From positions 21,870 through 85,869 of the IMG/VR virus record IMGVR_UViG_3300037087_000150: 64,000 nucleotides of DNA; one strand, written 5' to 3'. The stretch's first letter is position 1. Each line of letters starts with the position of its first letter. Origin of the DNA: a virus. Below the pieces are notes generated by a model. The model saw only the letters and a list, made by a program, of their open reading frames with translations. It searched no databases and was not told the DNA's origin. A program made the translations under genes and the position numbers. Below are positions 10,301 through 18,742 of this stretch, in pieces.

Positions 10301-10701
10301 AGTTTGATACTCAATATGATATAATTGACTATTTTTATAATGTTCGTTTGGATTTTTATAAAATAAGAAAAGAACATCAAATAGAGGAACTGAAATTTGA
10401 AACTGAAGTCCTGAGGAACAAGATGTTGTTCATAAAAAATGTCATCGAAGATAATATAAAGGTTAGTAAAAGATCAAAAGATGAAGTAGAAGCCGATATA
10501 ATCAAATTAAATTTAATGAGGGTTAATGGTACATTTGCTTATCTTTTGAATATGTCTATTGTTAGTTTAACCAAAGAAAAACTCATTGAACTCAAAGAAG
10601 AATTCGATAGAAGTAAAGAAAAGATTAAAGTATTACAATCCACATCTATCGAGGATATCTGGTTAGAAGAACTCAATGAATTGAAAAAGAGATTGAAATA
10701 A
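7399..10701 (+). CDS. Type IIA DNA topoisomerase, single polypeptide (GyrB+GyrA-like domains fused)
   Basis: EVLTNASD, GGRNGIGAKLTN (GHKL), EGDSA, PLRGK, DQDVDGAHIKGL (TOPRIM), DGFKPVQRK, ASPRYIFT catalytic Tyr. Confidence 0.96.
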   Translation: MMKEKAKTIEQRYVHLEQRDQILLRPDTQIGTVLTEDRNLFVVDDVNNIENIKIVNRSVKYNPGFFKIIDEVLTNASDHSIRTGQVKNIRVIVENDHIEIENDGPGIPVVIHKEQKLYVPEMTFGLLQTSENYDDTVKRTWGGRNGIGAKLTNIFSKRFIVETADGKNKFYQEFTDNMSKKTKPKIRSLKKNYTKITFYPDFERFGIQEIDDEIKSVIVRRCVDIAVYSGVKVFYNGIQIPIKNFKDYMKMFVDDTAELFTEKLDENWEIGVSKSVDGGFNQISMVNGLSTNRGGTHVNYISNQLTKSAQELLAKKYKNLNIKPNDIKNNIFLFVNTKVINPSFDEQWKETLNTKVNGDGPVLSEKIIKQFTNSEIVEEVIRFLHIKEQVDTKKEIGRHKIKISKLEDAKKAGTYESDKCYLMLCEGDSASNQVISGLSEVDSSYFGIFPLRGKPLNVREVNLAKVRENEEMKNIINILGLEFGKKYTDTSKLRYGKVVFFSDQDVDGAHIKGLLINMIDTFWPELLKLDFIYEFMTPIMKVYDDKKFVKYFYRLGDWEKYRKENDVDKYNKKYFKGLGTIEDEEMKEFFRNMKKHLIRFYYDLKSNTDDLIDLVFEKKRADDRKEWMKAYSATDFIDKFTTKQTYDKFINSELMEWSMADNNRMIPNLIDGFKPVQRKVLYCFHKKGIRGEIKVTALTGAIMESLAYHNGDVSGNKAIIGMAQNFVGTNNLNLIIGKGNFGSRLKGGENAASPRYIFTKLNDLTPYIFLKEDLDVLDYQTDDGSPIEPVYFVPIVPMVLINGASGIGSGYSTNIPSFNPSEIITYLSNKIKGKKNNIELKPYYKDFKGEIVLDTENSRYVSKGIMTKISDHIYDITELPLWTWNDSYYEYLDKLSEDEKDKNGKLIRKAYIRDWIKNGNDKDVKIKIYLQRDVPPEFIANIWKNLKMETYISYSNMYLFDEHRQLKKFDTQYDIIDYFYNVRLDFYKIRKEHQIEELKFETEVLRNKMLFIKNVIEDNIKVSKRSKDEVEADIIKLNLMRVNGTFAYLLNMSIVSLTKEKLIELKEEFDRSKEKIKVLQSTSIEDIWLEELNELKKRLK

Positions 10702-10702
10702 A

Positions 10703-10945
10703 ATGTGGTCAGAAACGGGAATTGGAACTGGAACATTCTGGAAGGATCATTTTTATTGTCCTATTTGTGATAAGAATGGAAATATCGAAGTAATGGAAAT
10801 TGAATTTATAAAAGAAAATTACAATGAAAAACACAATAAATGCCATAATTGTAATTCCCTATTAAAAGATACCCAACTTTTAACATATGAAGAACATATA
10901 AATAACGAAAGAAATAAAAAATTAAATGAAATATTATGGGACTGA
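10703..10945 (+). CDS. Small Zn-ribbon protein with C-terminal INxxRxxKLxxIL tag
   Basis: CPIC...CHNC; ends INNERNKKLNEILWD. Confidence 0.7.
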   Translation: MWSETGIGTGTFWKDHFYCPICDKNGNIEVMEIEFIKENYNEKHNKCHNCNSLLKDTQLLTYEEHINNERNKKLNEILWD

Positions 10946-11172
10946 CAGATTTTACAATCCCCACTGAAATGATAGGAACAACATCAACATATTTAAAATG
11001 GTTCGAAGATAGTCACTGTCCTAAATGTGGGTCGAATGACGGAATGTATTTCGATGAAAATAATAATGAATGTAAACAATGCCATTGGAAAGGAGAAGTG
11101 TCAGACTTATTAGACGATGAAGAATATATAAATAAAACAAGATCAGAAAAATTAAAGGAAATTTTAAAATGA
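10936..11172 (+). CDS. Small Zn-ribbon protein with C-terminal tag
   Basis: CPKC...CKQCHWKG; ends INKTRSEKLKEILK. Confidence 0.7.
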   Translation: MGLTDFTIPTEMIGTTSTYLKWFEDSHCPKCGSNDGMYFDENNNECKQCHWKGEVSDLLDDEEYINKTRSEKLKEILK

Positions 11173-11396
11173 CAGAAAAATGGACAAGTGATTTGATCAC
11201 CTTTCTCAATGATAGTTCATCATTAAAATATTGTCCGAAATGTGGATATGGAGCGGAAAAAATAAGAGGTTATCACTTAACCATAGGTAATAAATGTGAA
11301 AGGTGTGATTGGAGCGGAAAATTTTCAGATTTATTAAATTACGAACAAATGATAAATAAAACAAGATCAGAAAAATTAAAAGAAATATTATTATGA
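11169..11396 (+). CDS. Small Zn-ribbon protein with C-terminal tag
   Basis: CPKC...CERCDWSG; ends INKTRSEKLKEILL. Confidence 0.7.
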   Translation: MTEKWTSDLITFLNDSSSLKYCPKCGYGAEKIRGYHLTIGNKCERCDWSGKFSDLLNYEQMINKTRSEKLKEILL

Positions 11397-11890
11397 TAAT
11401 AAACAAGGAATCAAGAAAAAAATTAATAGATGAATATTATCATAAGGAAGAAGAAATATTTTTGAGGACATTGGATCTTACAGATAATGAAATAAAAAAA
11501 ATAACTCAAACACCAATAAATTATGACACTAATGAATATAAAGATTTTTCTATTGGACATCTTAAAGAAGATTTGAAAGATTTTGTTACTGATGAATATT
11601 ATAAAACTGGTGGAATTGACTTTGATTCCGATATGGCTTTAGAATTGTTATATGATAAAGAATATATGTTATATGAAAAGATTAATAATCACATAACAGA
11701 AGAAAATCATAAAATTTTTGTTGATGATATAAAAATAATTTTTGGTGTTTTTTCTGATTCTGATTATCCTCTTTCAATATGCTATTTTGAAAAAGATAAT
11801 ACTATTTGTTCTATGAAAAGTAGATACAATTACATGGAACATTTTATTAATTTTAATAGAAGTAAAAAATTAAAAGATATACTATCATGA
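11393..11890 (+). CDS. Hypothetical protein with C-terminal tag
   Basis: ends INFNRSKKLKDILS. Confidence 0.65.
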   Translation: MIINKESRKKLIDEYYHKEEEIFLRTLDLTDNEIKKITQTPINYDTNEYKDFSIGHLKEDLKDFVTDEYYKTGGIDFDSDMALELLYDKEYMLYEKINNHITEENHKIFVDDIKIIFGVFSDSDYPLSICYFEKDNTICSMKSRYNYMEHFINFNRSKKLKDILS

Positions 11891-12165
11891 AACCATTTAA
11901 CTTAGAAGAACATTTAGATTGGCTAAAATTTATCGATGGAAAACAAGAATATGACACTTCTTCAGTGGGTCAATATCAAGGATTGGTTTGTCCTGAATGT
12001 GGAAGCGAAAAAATATATCATCATAATAGGGGTGGAGGTGATGAAAAATCATGGTTTGAATGTGAAAAATGCCATTATATGAATAATGGAGATGTGAAAA
12101 ATATCCCGACTTATGAAGAATATATAAATAAAACGAGATCCGAAAAATTAGGAGATATATTATGA
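11887..12165 (+). CDS. Small Zn-ribbon protein with C-terminal tag
   Basis: CPEC...CEKC; ends INKTRSEKLGDIL. Confidence 0.7.
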   Translation: MKPFNLEEHLDWLKFIDGKQEYDTSSVGQYQGLVCPECGSEKIYHHNRGGGDEKSWFECEKCHYMNNGDVKNIPTYEEYINKTRSEKLGDIL

Positions 12166-12617
12166 CAAAAACTGGAAATCATTGTCCATCAGGTGTACCG
12201 GGAGTATCGGGTGCTGCTGGTTTTCCGGCCAATAGTGATTATTGGATTAAAGAAATCAATGGTGATTATTGGGTTAATGATTTAATTAAAGAAATTAACG
12301 AAAATGGAAAGTCGAGTAATAAATATACACAATCCAAACATATAATAAATGGAGAAGAATATATTTTTTATTCTGGGGGATCAGCAAAAATAACCACTTT
12401 GAATGGTGTTATCGAATCAATAGATGATAATCCGGCTGTGGAATATGGTGAATTTGTAAAATATTGGTTCAAGAATAATAAACTTCATAGAGAACATCAT
12501 CCAGCTATAATTACAAGTGGTGGAGTAAAAATGTATTTTTTGAATGATATTGAATTTACAGAAGAAGAATTCATTAATGATGACAGAAATAAAAAGTTAA
12601 AAGATATATTATGTTAA
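12162..12617 (+). CDS. Protein with PA(V/I)E...W..NNKLHR repeat and C-terminal tag
   Basis: DNPAVEY..YWFKNNKLHREHHPAII beta-hairpin repeat; ends INDDRNKKLKDILC. Confidence 0.65.
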   Translation: MTKTGNHCPSGVPGVSGAAGFPANSDYWIKEINGDYWVNDLIKEINENGKSSNKYTQSKHIINGEEYIFYSGGSAKITTLNGVIESIDDNPAVEYGEFVKYWFKNNKLHREHHPAIITSGGVKMYFLNDIEFTEEEFINDDRNKKLKDILC

Positions 12618-13156
12618 CAGCTAAAGAAAAAAGTTATGTCATCTGTAAAGATGAGCTAATAACATTTTACCCCCCTTTAAATTGTCCTGAATGTAATTCT
12701 GACCAAGTTCATCCTTTCTACGCCACGAGTTTCTCTTATTGTAATTCTTGTAATTGGGAAGGACATAATGAAGATCTTATATGTAATCATATCTATTCCG
12801 AAATAGAATTGAAGATGATGGAATGGAAAAAAAAGTTTTACCCCGAATATCATAAAAGAATTTTAGAAAATATTGATAAAAATTATCATCACGGTAATCA
12901 TTTCTCACCAGCAACAAGTCAATGGTTTAAATTTGGTGATAAATATAAAAATAATAATCAATGTTTTTATTGTCCTAACTGTGGATCAAATCATGGTCGT
13001 ATGATGATTTATATGAATATATATGAATGGGCTGAATGTTTAGGTTGTGGTTGGAAAGGTAATAATGAAGATTTATTCGAATCGAATGAAGAATATATCA
13101 ATAGTAATAGAAGTAAAAAATTAAAAGAAATATTATATGATAAAAACACCGTTTAA
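12611..13156 (+). CDS. Double Zn-ribbon protein with C-terminal tag
   Basis: Two CPxC...CxxCxWxGxxEDL units; ends INSNRSKKLKEIL. Confidence 0.7.
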   Translation: MLTAKEKSYVICKDELITFYPPLNCPECNSDQVHPFYATSFSYCNSCNWEGHNEDLICNHIYSEIELKMMEWKKKFYPEYHKRILENIDKNYHHGNHFSPATSQWFKFGDKYKNNNQCFYCPNCGSNHGRMMIYMNIYEWAECLGCGWKGNNEDLFESNEEYINSNRSKKLKEILYDKNTV

Positions 13157-13900
13157 TTATACAGGATCTAAACTGAATCTAAGAATTCTTTGATATTTAT
13201 CAACGATATTAGTTACTAAACCATTATTCATGTCAATGATGTGATTAAAGAGCTAATAGACATTCACAGACAACTTATTAATAATCCAGATGAAATAATA
13301 GAAGAAGTTAAAAAATTGGCCAATTGTAAAGATGACCAAGAAAAATATAATCAGTTGAGAAATTCATATAATGAAAATGGAAAAACGGCAGCCAAATTAT
13401 GGGCACTCATGCTGAGTTGCACAAATAATATGATGAGATTCAATAAAAGCTTGGATTTTAATCAAACATGGGGTAAAAGAGGATGGAATCCAGCCACCGA
13501 AAATAAGGTAAAAGAATTCGTAAATCATGTTTCAAAACATAAGAACAAAATATATTTATCAGCTGTGAATTTTTACGATGTTCCAATAGATCCAAAAGGA
13601 ATGTACTATGTGGACCCTCCTTACACAAATACAGAAGCTGGGTATAACGCTTATTGGTCTAAAAACTTAGAAACCAGACTTTATAATTACTTGAGAGAAG
13701 TTGATAAAAGAGGTGGTTCATTCGCGTTATCTGGTATCATCGGAGAACATAAAGACGGTGAAAGAGCCTTCATTATTGATAAATTAATTGAAGATGGTTA
13801 TAATCATTCAGTACTTGATTTTGGATATGAAAAAGTGGCCAGAAAGAAAGAAAGTAAAAACTCTAAGGAAGTTTTGATATATAATTACTATAAGGTTTAA
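13137..13900 (+). pseudogene. dam: Disrupted Dam-family DNA adenine methyltransferase
   Basis: MIKTPFNYTGSK at 13137 stops at 13193; remainder (HVNDVIKELI...YVDPPY) is in another frame; SAM-binding motif I (FxGxG) absent. Confidence 0.75.
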
Positions 13901-13912
13901 AACTATACCGGC

Positions 13913-14161
13913 ATGAGAAAATTTTTAATATTAGTTTCTTTTCTATTTTTATTTTTACTTACAACATCTTGTGATTCTGTTTCTCAAAGAGTGGAATTTG
14001 ACTATGATCATTATGAAGTTGTCACTTGGAATACATTTAAACACGATCATTATGATTATGATTCGAGAGTTTCAACGGACTGTATTAAATGTATAGATTC
14101 TATAAAAAAATCGGAATACGAAATAGCAAAAAAGAGAATCAAAGAATTCAACAAATTATGA
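13913..14161 (+). CDS. Putative lipoprotein
   Basis: MRK + hydrophobic stretch + LTTSC lipobox. Confidence 0.65.
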   Translation: MRKFLILVSFLFLFLLTTSCDSVSQRVEFDYDHYEVVTWNTFKHDHYDYDSRVSTDCIKCIDSIKKSEYEIAKKRIKEFNKL

Positions 14162-14279
14162 AAATAGTAGAAAAACTTAAAGAGGCAAAATTCTATCTGA
14201 ACAAGCCTTATGATTTAAATTCACACGATAAAGGTATTATACTCTTAAATAATATCATTAAATCATTGGAAAAAAAATA

Positions 14280-14495
14280 ATGGAAAAAATGAAAACACGA
14301 ATTAAAGCAATATTCAAAGGGTTAGATGGTTCTTTGGGATATATGAAAAATTTCGATTATGACTTATACATTGGTATTGTCGATAATGGTGAAATACAAA
14401 TTGAAGCATTATATCATACAGAAACAAAAATATGTAATTATTCAAACATAATAACCTTTTTAGAAAATTGGGATTTAATAAGAAATAATGATTAA
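14280..14495 (+). CDS. Hypothetical protein
   Basis: Coupled ORF in operon. Confidence 0.5.
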   Translation: MEKMKTRIKAIFKGLDGSLGYMKNFDYDLYIGIVDNGEIQIEALYHTETKICNYSNIITFLENWDLIRNND

Positions 14496-14964
14496 TATTC
14501 TTCATATGAAAATAGTAAAAGAGGAAGAAAAATTATCACCAGATGAATTAATTCATTCATTTAAGGTAGATGTTAATGTAGAAGCAGTCTCAGAAATAGA
14601 TGAAACAGTGGCTTCAAGAATTATTAACTGTTTAGACGAAGATGAAAAAAAACTGATTCATTATTTCAACAAACCAATTAGTGGAAAAGTCTATTTATCA
14701 TATCCTCTCAATGTAATTGTGGAAGTTGATATAGATGAATGTAAAACCATTGGTTCACTTTTATCTAAAATAGCTAAATCATATAAGAATATATACGATA
14801 CTGAGGATGAAACCCAGACAAATTATCAACCAGCAGGATCTCTCTTAAATAGAGGTGAAACAGATGGAACATTTGGAATTTGGGGTCATGTTATAAGTGA
14901 TTTATACTTCGAAAGAGTGAGTGTCTACAAAAACGGATTGATCGAACTTGGAATCGGTTCATGA
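14488..14964 (+). CDS. Hypothetical protein
   Basis: Coupled ORF; FGIWGHVISDLYFE segment. Confidence 0.6.
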   Translation: MINILHMKIVKEEEKLSPDELIHSFKVDVNVEAVSEIDETVASRIINCLDEDEKKLIHYFNKPISGKVYLSYPLNVIVEVDIDECKTIGSLLSKIAKSYKNIYDTEDETQTNYQPAGSLLNRGETDGTFGIWGHVISDLYFERVSVYKNGLIELGIGS

Positions 14965-15404
14965 TGAATAAAATAAAGAACATAGCTTTAGTCGCTCACG
15001 ATAATTGTAAAAAAGATTTAATTGAATGGATTGAGTTTAATAAAGAAATTCTTTCTAAACATAAATTTGTTTGTACAGGGGAAACTGGTAAATTAGTTCA
15101 AAATGTATTTGATAAAGATATAAATCTTATTTTGTTAAAAAGCGGACATTTGGGTGGGGATCAACAATTGGGATCTATGATTTCAAATAATGAAATTGAT
15201 ATTCTTATATTCTTTTGGGATTCAATGCAACCACATTCTCATGATGTAGACATTAAAGCTCTTTTGAGAATATCAGTCTTATATAATATACCAACTGCTT
15301 GTAATCGTTCAACTGCCGATTTTATTATTTCTTCATATTTATTCGAACAGGAATATGAACCAAAATTAACTGATTATTCAGATTATATCAATAGAAACAT
15401 ATGA
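14961..15404 (+). CDS. mgsA: Methylglyoxal synthase
   Basis: IALVAHD, GGDQQLG, IFFWD, PHSHDVDIKALLR, PTACNRSTADF. Confidence 0.93.
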   Translation: MMNKIKNIALVAHDNCKKDLIEWIEFNKEILSKHKFVCTGETGKLVQNVFDKDINLILLKSGHLGGDQQLGSMISNNEIDILIFFWDSMQPHSHDVDIKALLRISVLYNIPTACNRSTADFIISSYLFEQEYEPKLTDYSDYINRNI

Positions 15405-15880
15405 GAGCACCAGAAAGAATTAAAATTTATTTGGATTTATTGAAAGAAAGATCTAAAACATCAACACCAATGATAGTAAAAGAATTAATAACTTCTGATA
15501 CCTTGAATGTAGATGAATTATATAATGAATTGGAAAGGGTATGGTTGGAAAATCCTGATTGGAGATTTACTCAACTTTGTGTGAATACTGGACTTATACC
15601 CAACTTACCGGGAATGTGGTATTATACTGAGGATAGAGAATTTATGGAAGGTTTGGGGTTTCCAATGAGAGAGATATTATTATGGGGAACTCGTGGGAAA
15701 AAAGGAAATGAACCATTAAGATATATCCAATTAAAAGATATGACCAATGAACACATCCAATCTATTCTTGATACTCAGACACAGTTAAACAAAGAAACCA
15801 AACAATTTTTCTCGAATGAATTAGAACTTCGTAAAGAGAAACCAGAATTAAACATCTTTGAAAATGTTACAGAAATTTGA
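15401..15880 (+). CDS. Hypothetical phage protein
   Basis: MRAPERI...W..NPDWRFTQL and WGTRGKKG..PLRYI.LKDM..EHI segments. Confidence 0.6.
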   Translation: MRAPERIKIYLDLLKERSKTSTPMIVKELITSDTLNVDELYNELERVWLENPDWRFTQLCVNTGLIPNLPGMWYYTEDREFMEGLGFPMREILLWGTRGKKGNEPLRYIQLKDMTNEHIQSILDTQTQLNKETKQFFSNELELRKEKPELNIFENVTEI

Positions 15881-16082
15881 AGAATATCAATCATTAAAAG
15901 GCTGGATCAAATATCAAAGACTTGAACAAATGTATGCGGTTCGTTTAATGTTTGTAAGTAATTTACCAGATGATGATCCTAACAAGGAAGAATTAATTCA
16001 ATCTTCTTTAAATTTAGTCCACAACGCTCATAGAAGTCGTATGGAACAAAGAGAATTGTATGTAAATTCAGTAAGAAAATGA
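15864..16082 (+). CDS. Hypothetical protein
   Basis: Short ORF ending operon. Confidence 0.45.
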   Translation: MLQKFEEYQSLKGWIKYQRLEQMYAVRLMFVSNLPDDDPNKEELIQSSLNLVHNAHRSRMEQRELYVNSVRK

Positions 16083-17516
16083 TTAAGATTGATTTTCTGA
16101 TTTGAATACCGCTACTCTTTCATTTCCAACATAAACAGACATCAACCATCTCATATGGTATACCTGAATATTCCATCCACCAGCGAAAATGGTATTTGTG
16201 TCGATACGATAAATAACATCATTTGAATCGTAACCAGTGATATGAAATTCAAGACCAGTTCTACGCTTAGAAACATCACCAAATTTAAATTCGTTAATGG
16301 TTGGATATCTGGTTTTTAATTTATAGAATAAAAGATTAAGTTTACCATGTTCTCTATCTTGATAAGCGTCCTGTTGTTCTTTAATATATTTGTTGGTTTC
16401 CCATTCATCCCATCCGAGTAATTTACCTTCAAGAGTTCTTTTATAAAATTCCTCGATATCGTATCCAATTACATTTCCTTTTCTGTCATAATCTTTGACC
16501 GCCCATTTTTCTTCGAATTCTTTTTCAGATAAGGTTTCTTTTTCTTTTCTTATGAAATCTTGTTTTCTTAAAATTTTCTCTTTAATTTCTTCTTTATGTT
16601 CGTCAATTGATGGTTGAATGGCTACTTTTACTTCTTCGATAATTTTTGAATAAACTGAATCTTCAGCGAAATCAATATTCTTTTCACCTGCTTTAGCCAC
16701 ATATTGTTTAACTCTCTTAATTAAATTCAAATATTCACCTTGACTTTCAAGTTCTTTAATTTGTTCTGGATTCAAAAAATTCCAATGATCAACGACATAT
16801 TTAAACATCGAAACATCACTATAAGAAATATGATACATATTCTTGGTCATTCGTGGGCCGATATTAAAAGCACTAACGCCTCTCGCTCTGAAACCATCAA
16901 ATGCGGTTTTTATTCTTTTGAGAATAAGAGTTTTTTCTTCTTCGGTTTTTTCAATAGGTTTAGGTGTTGGGGGTTTGAAATTAATTTTTTTATTGAATCC
17001 AGCCGGGATCTTCAAACCAACTGATGATAATATTTCTTCGAATTTTGGATATTCTATCTTACCATCTTTCAACATTTCCACATAAATTCCGTCATCAAGA
17101 GCTCTCCTGACAGACCTTTTATTTGAATTTGTTTCATCACTTTCGATCTTTTCAAGATCTGACTGGCCGAATATTTTTGAAAGAGTATTGAGATAATCAT
17201 GATAAGTATCCATTACTTCCTTTGGTGCTTGTTTACCATTCGGCCAATTTCCTTCGGCATGCTTTTTAGCCCATTTAATCCATGATCCCGGATATGATTT
17301 TTCATCCTTTTCCTTTTCCTTTTCCATGTATTCATCATAAGTAGTATGATAAACCCCATAATATGAAGAAGGTTTCAGATAATCAGTATTCTTTTTAAGA
17401 AACTTATAAAAGGCTTTCAAAATGGGAGAAACTTTTTCCTTATACTCTGATAAGGTCATGAGATAAGAGGGGGTTGTTTCTGACATGGCTTCGAAAAGTT
17501 TAAAGGTGATTATCAT
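16083..17516 (-). CDS. Hypothetical protein with CTS-like N-terminus (MIITFKLFE), possible virion internal protein
   Basis: Long ORF; start moved to ATG 17516 behind TAATATATA at 17540-17548. Confidence 0.65.
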   Translation of the reverse strand: MIITFKLFEAMSETTPSYLMTLSEYKEKVSPILKAFYKFLKKNTDYLKPSSYYGVYHTTYDEYMEKEKEKDEKSYPGSWIKWAKKHAEGNWPNGKQAPKEVMDTYHDYLNTLSKIFGQSDLEKIESDETNSNKRSVRRALDDGIYVEMLKDGKIEYPKFEEILSSVGLKIPAGFNKKINFKPPTPKPIEKTEEEKTLILKRIKTAFDGFRARGVSAFNIGPRMTKNMYHISYSDVSMFKYVVDHWNFLNPEQIKELESQGEYLNLIKRVKQYVAKAGEKNIDFAEDSVYSKIIEEVKVAIQPSIDEHKEEIKEKILRKQDFIRKEKETLSEKEFEEKWAVKDYDRKGNVIGYDIEEFYKRTLEGKLLGWDEWETNKYIKEQQDAYQDREHGKLNLLFYKLKTRYPTINEFKFGDVSKRRTGLEFHITGYDSNDVIYRIDTNTIFAGGWNIQVYHMRWLMSVYVGNERVAVFKSENQS

Positions 17517-17611
17517 ATTCTTGTCGGAATCTTTTTTCATATATATTAAAAATGAAAACTGAACTACAAATTTACCACATTTATTTGAATTAAAAAATAA
17601 TATATACACTT

Positions 17612-18130
17612 ATGATTACAAAATTTGATAATTTTTTAAAGGAAATAATCGGTAGTGGAGAATTTGCATCGTTTCATAACAAAGCCGGTGAAAATTTCTG
17701 GGGAAATATTGGTGGTGGTGTATTACCAATATGTACTAAAACAGGTAGAATTTTATTACCATTTCGTTCAAGATATGTAAACGAACCGAATACTTGGGGA
17801 GTTTGGGGTGGAAAAATTGATGAAGAACATGGGGAAGCTCAATCAGACATCGAAGAAGTTGTCAAAAGAGAATTTATGGAAGAAGGTGGATTTGACGGCA
17901 ATATTCAATTAATCCCTGCTTATGTTTTTAGAAAAGAAAATGTTTTCACATATTATAACTTCATTGGACTATTAGACCACGAACATCAACCAACATTAGA
18001 TTGGGAAACAGAATCATTCAAATGGGTCACATTTAATGAAATGATGGGTATATCACCAAAACATTTTGGCCTATCTGGATTATTAAAAGACCAGAAATCC
18101 TTACAGACTATTAAAAAATACGCGAGATGA
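17612..18130 (+). CDS. NUDIX hydrolase with CTS-like N-terminus
   Basis: WGVWGGKID...VVKREFMEEGG Nudix box; MITKFDNFLKE. Confidence 0.85.
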   Translation: MITKFDNFLKEIIGSGEFASFHNKAGENFWGNIGGGVLPICTKTGRILLPFRSRYVNEPNTWGVWGGKIDEEHGEAQSDIEEVVKREFMEEGGFDGNIQLIPAYVFRKENVFTYYNFIGLLDHEHQPTLDWETESFKWVTFNEMMGISPKHFGLSGLLKDQKSLQTIKKYAR

Positions 18131-18693
18131 TTACCTATTTCAAAATATTTGAAGGAAAGCAGGTTGGTATTTTATATCATTGGACAACATTTGCTTCAAT
18201 ATATTCTATATTACAAGAAAATTATTTAAAAGCCACATCTTCTATTCGAGATGATGCCACATCTTTTAATAGTGATGATTTTTATGGAGTTTCTTTCACA
18301 CGAGATAAAATTTTTCATGGTTGGAAAAATAGACATTATCCAATGGAAGTTTGTATGGTTGTTGATGGTGATAAATTATCTAACAATTATAAATTGCTTC
18401 CATATGACGATTTTTTTGATGGTAAACTAAAACCAAAAAAGAATGTAGCTGATGAAATGGAAACCAGAACCAATAAAAGTATTGAAAAAATATCTAAATA
18501 TATTATTAGAATAGAATTATATCATAATGATAAAGCATCAGAAAAAGAACAATTAGATTATATAAAATGGTTTGCACCTTATAAGAATGTTTATAAAGGA
18601 TTTAATGTTGATAACTATACAACAATAGATGAATTTAAAAAAGAATTATACGAATATATTCGTTCTAAGAACATCATTTGTATTCTGAAATAA
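18127..18693 (+). CDS. ADP-ribosyltransferase-like protein with CTS-like N-terminus
   Basis: LYHWT...VSFTR...EMETR; paralogous to 42325-42915. Confidence 0.5.
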   Translation: MITYFKIFEGKQVGILYHWTTFASIYSILQENYLKATSSIRDDATSFNSDDFYGVSFTRDKIFHGWKNRHYPMEVCMVVDGDKLSNNYKLLPYDDFFDGKLKPKKNVADEMETRTNKSIEKISKYIIRIELYHNDKASEKEQLDYIKWFAPYKNVYKGFNVDNYTTIDEFKKELYEYIRSKNIICILK

Positions 18694-18742
18694 ATCAAAC
18701 CTCATCATTTTTTATAAATATAATAAAGAAAGCATTGTATTT

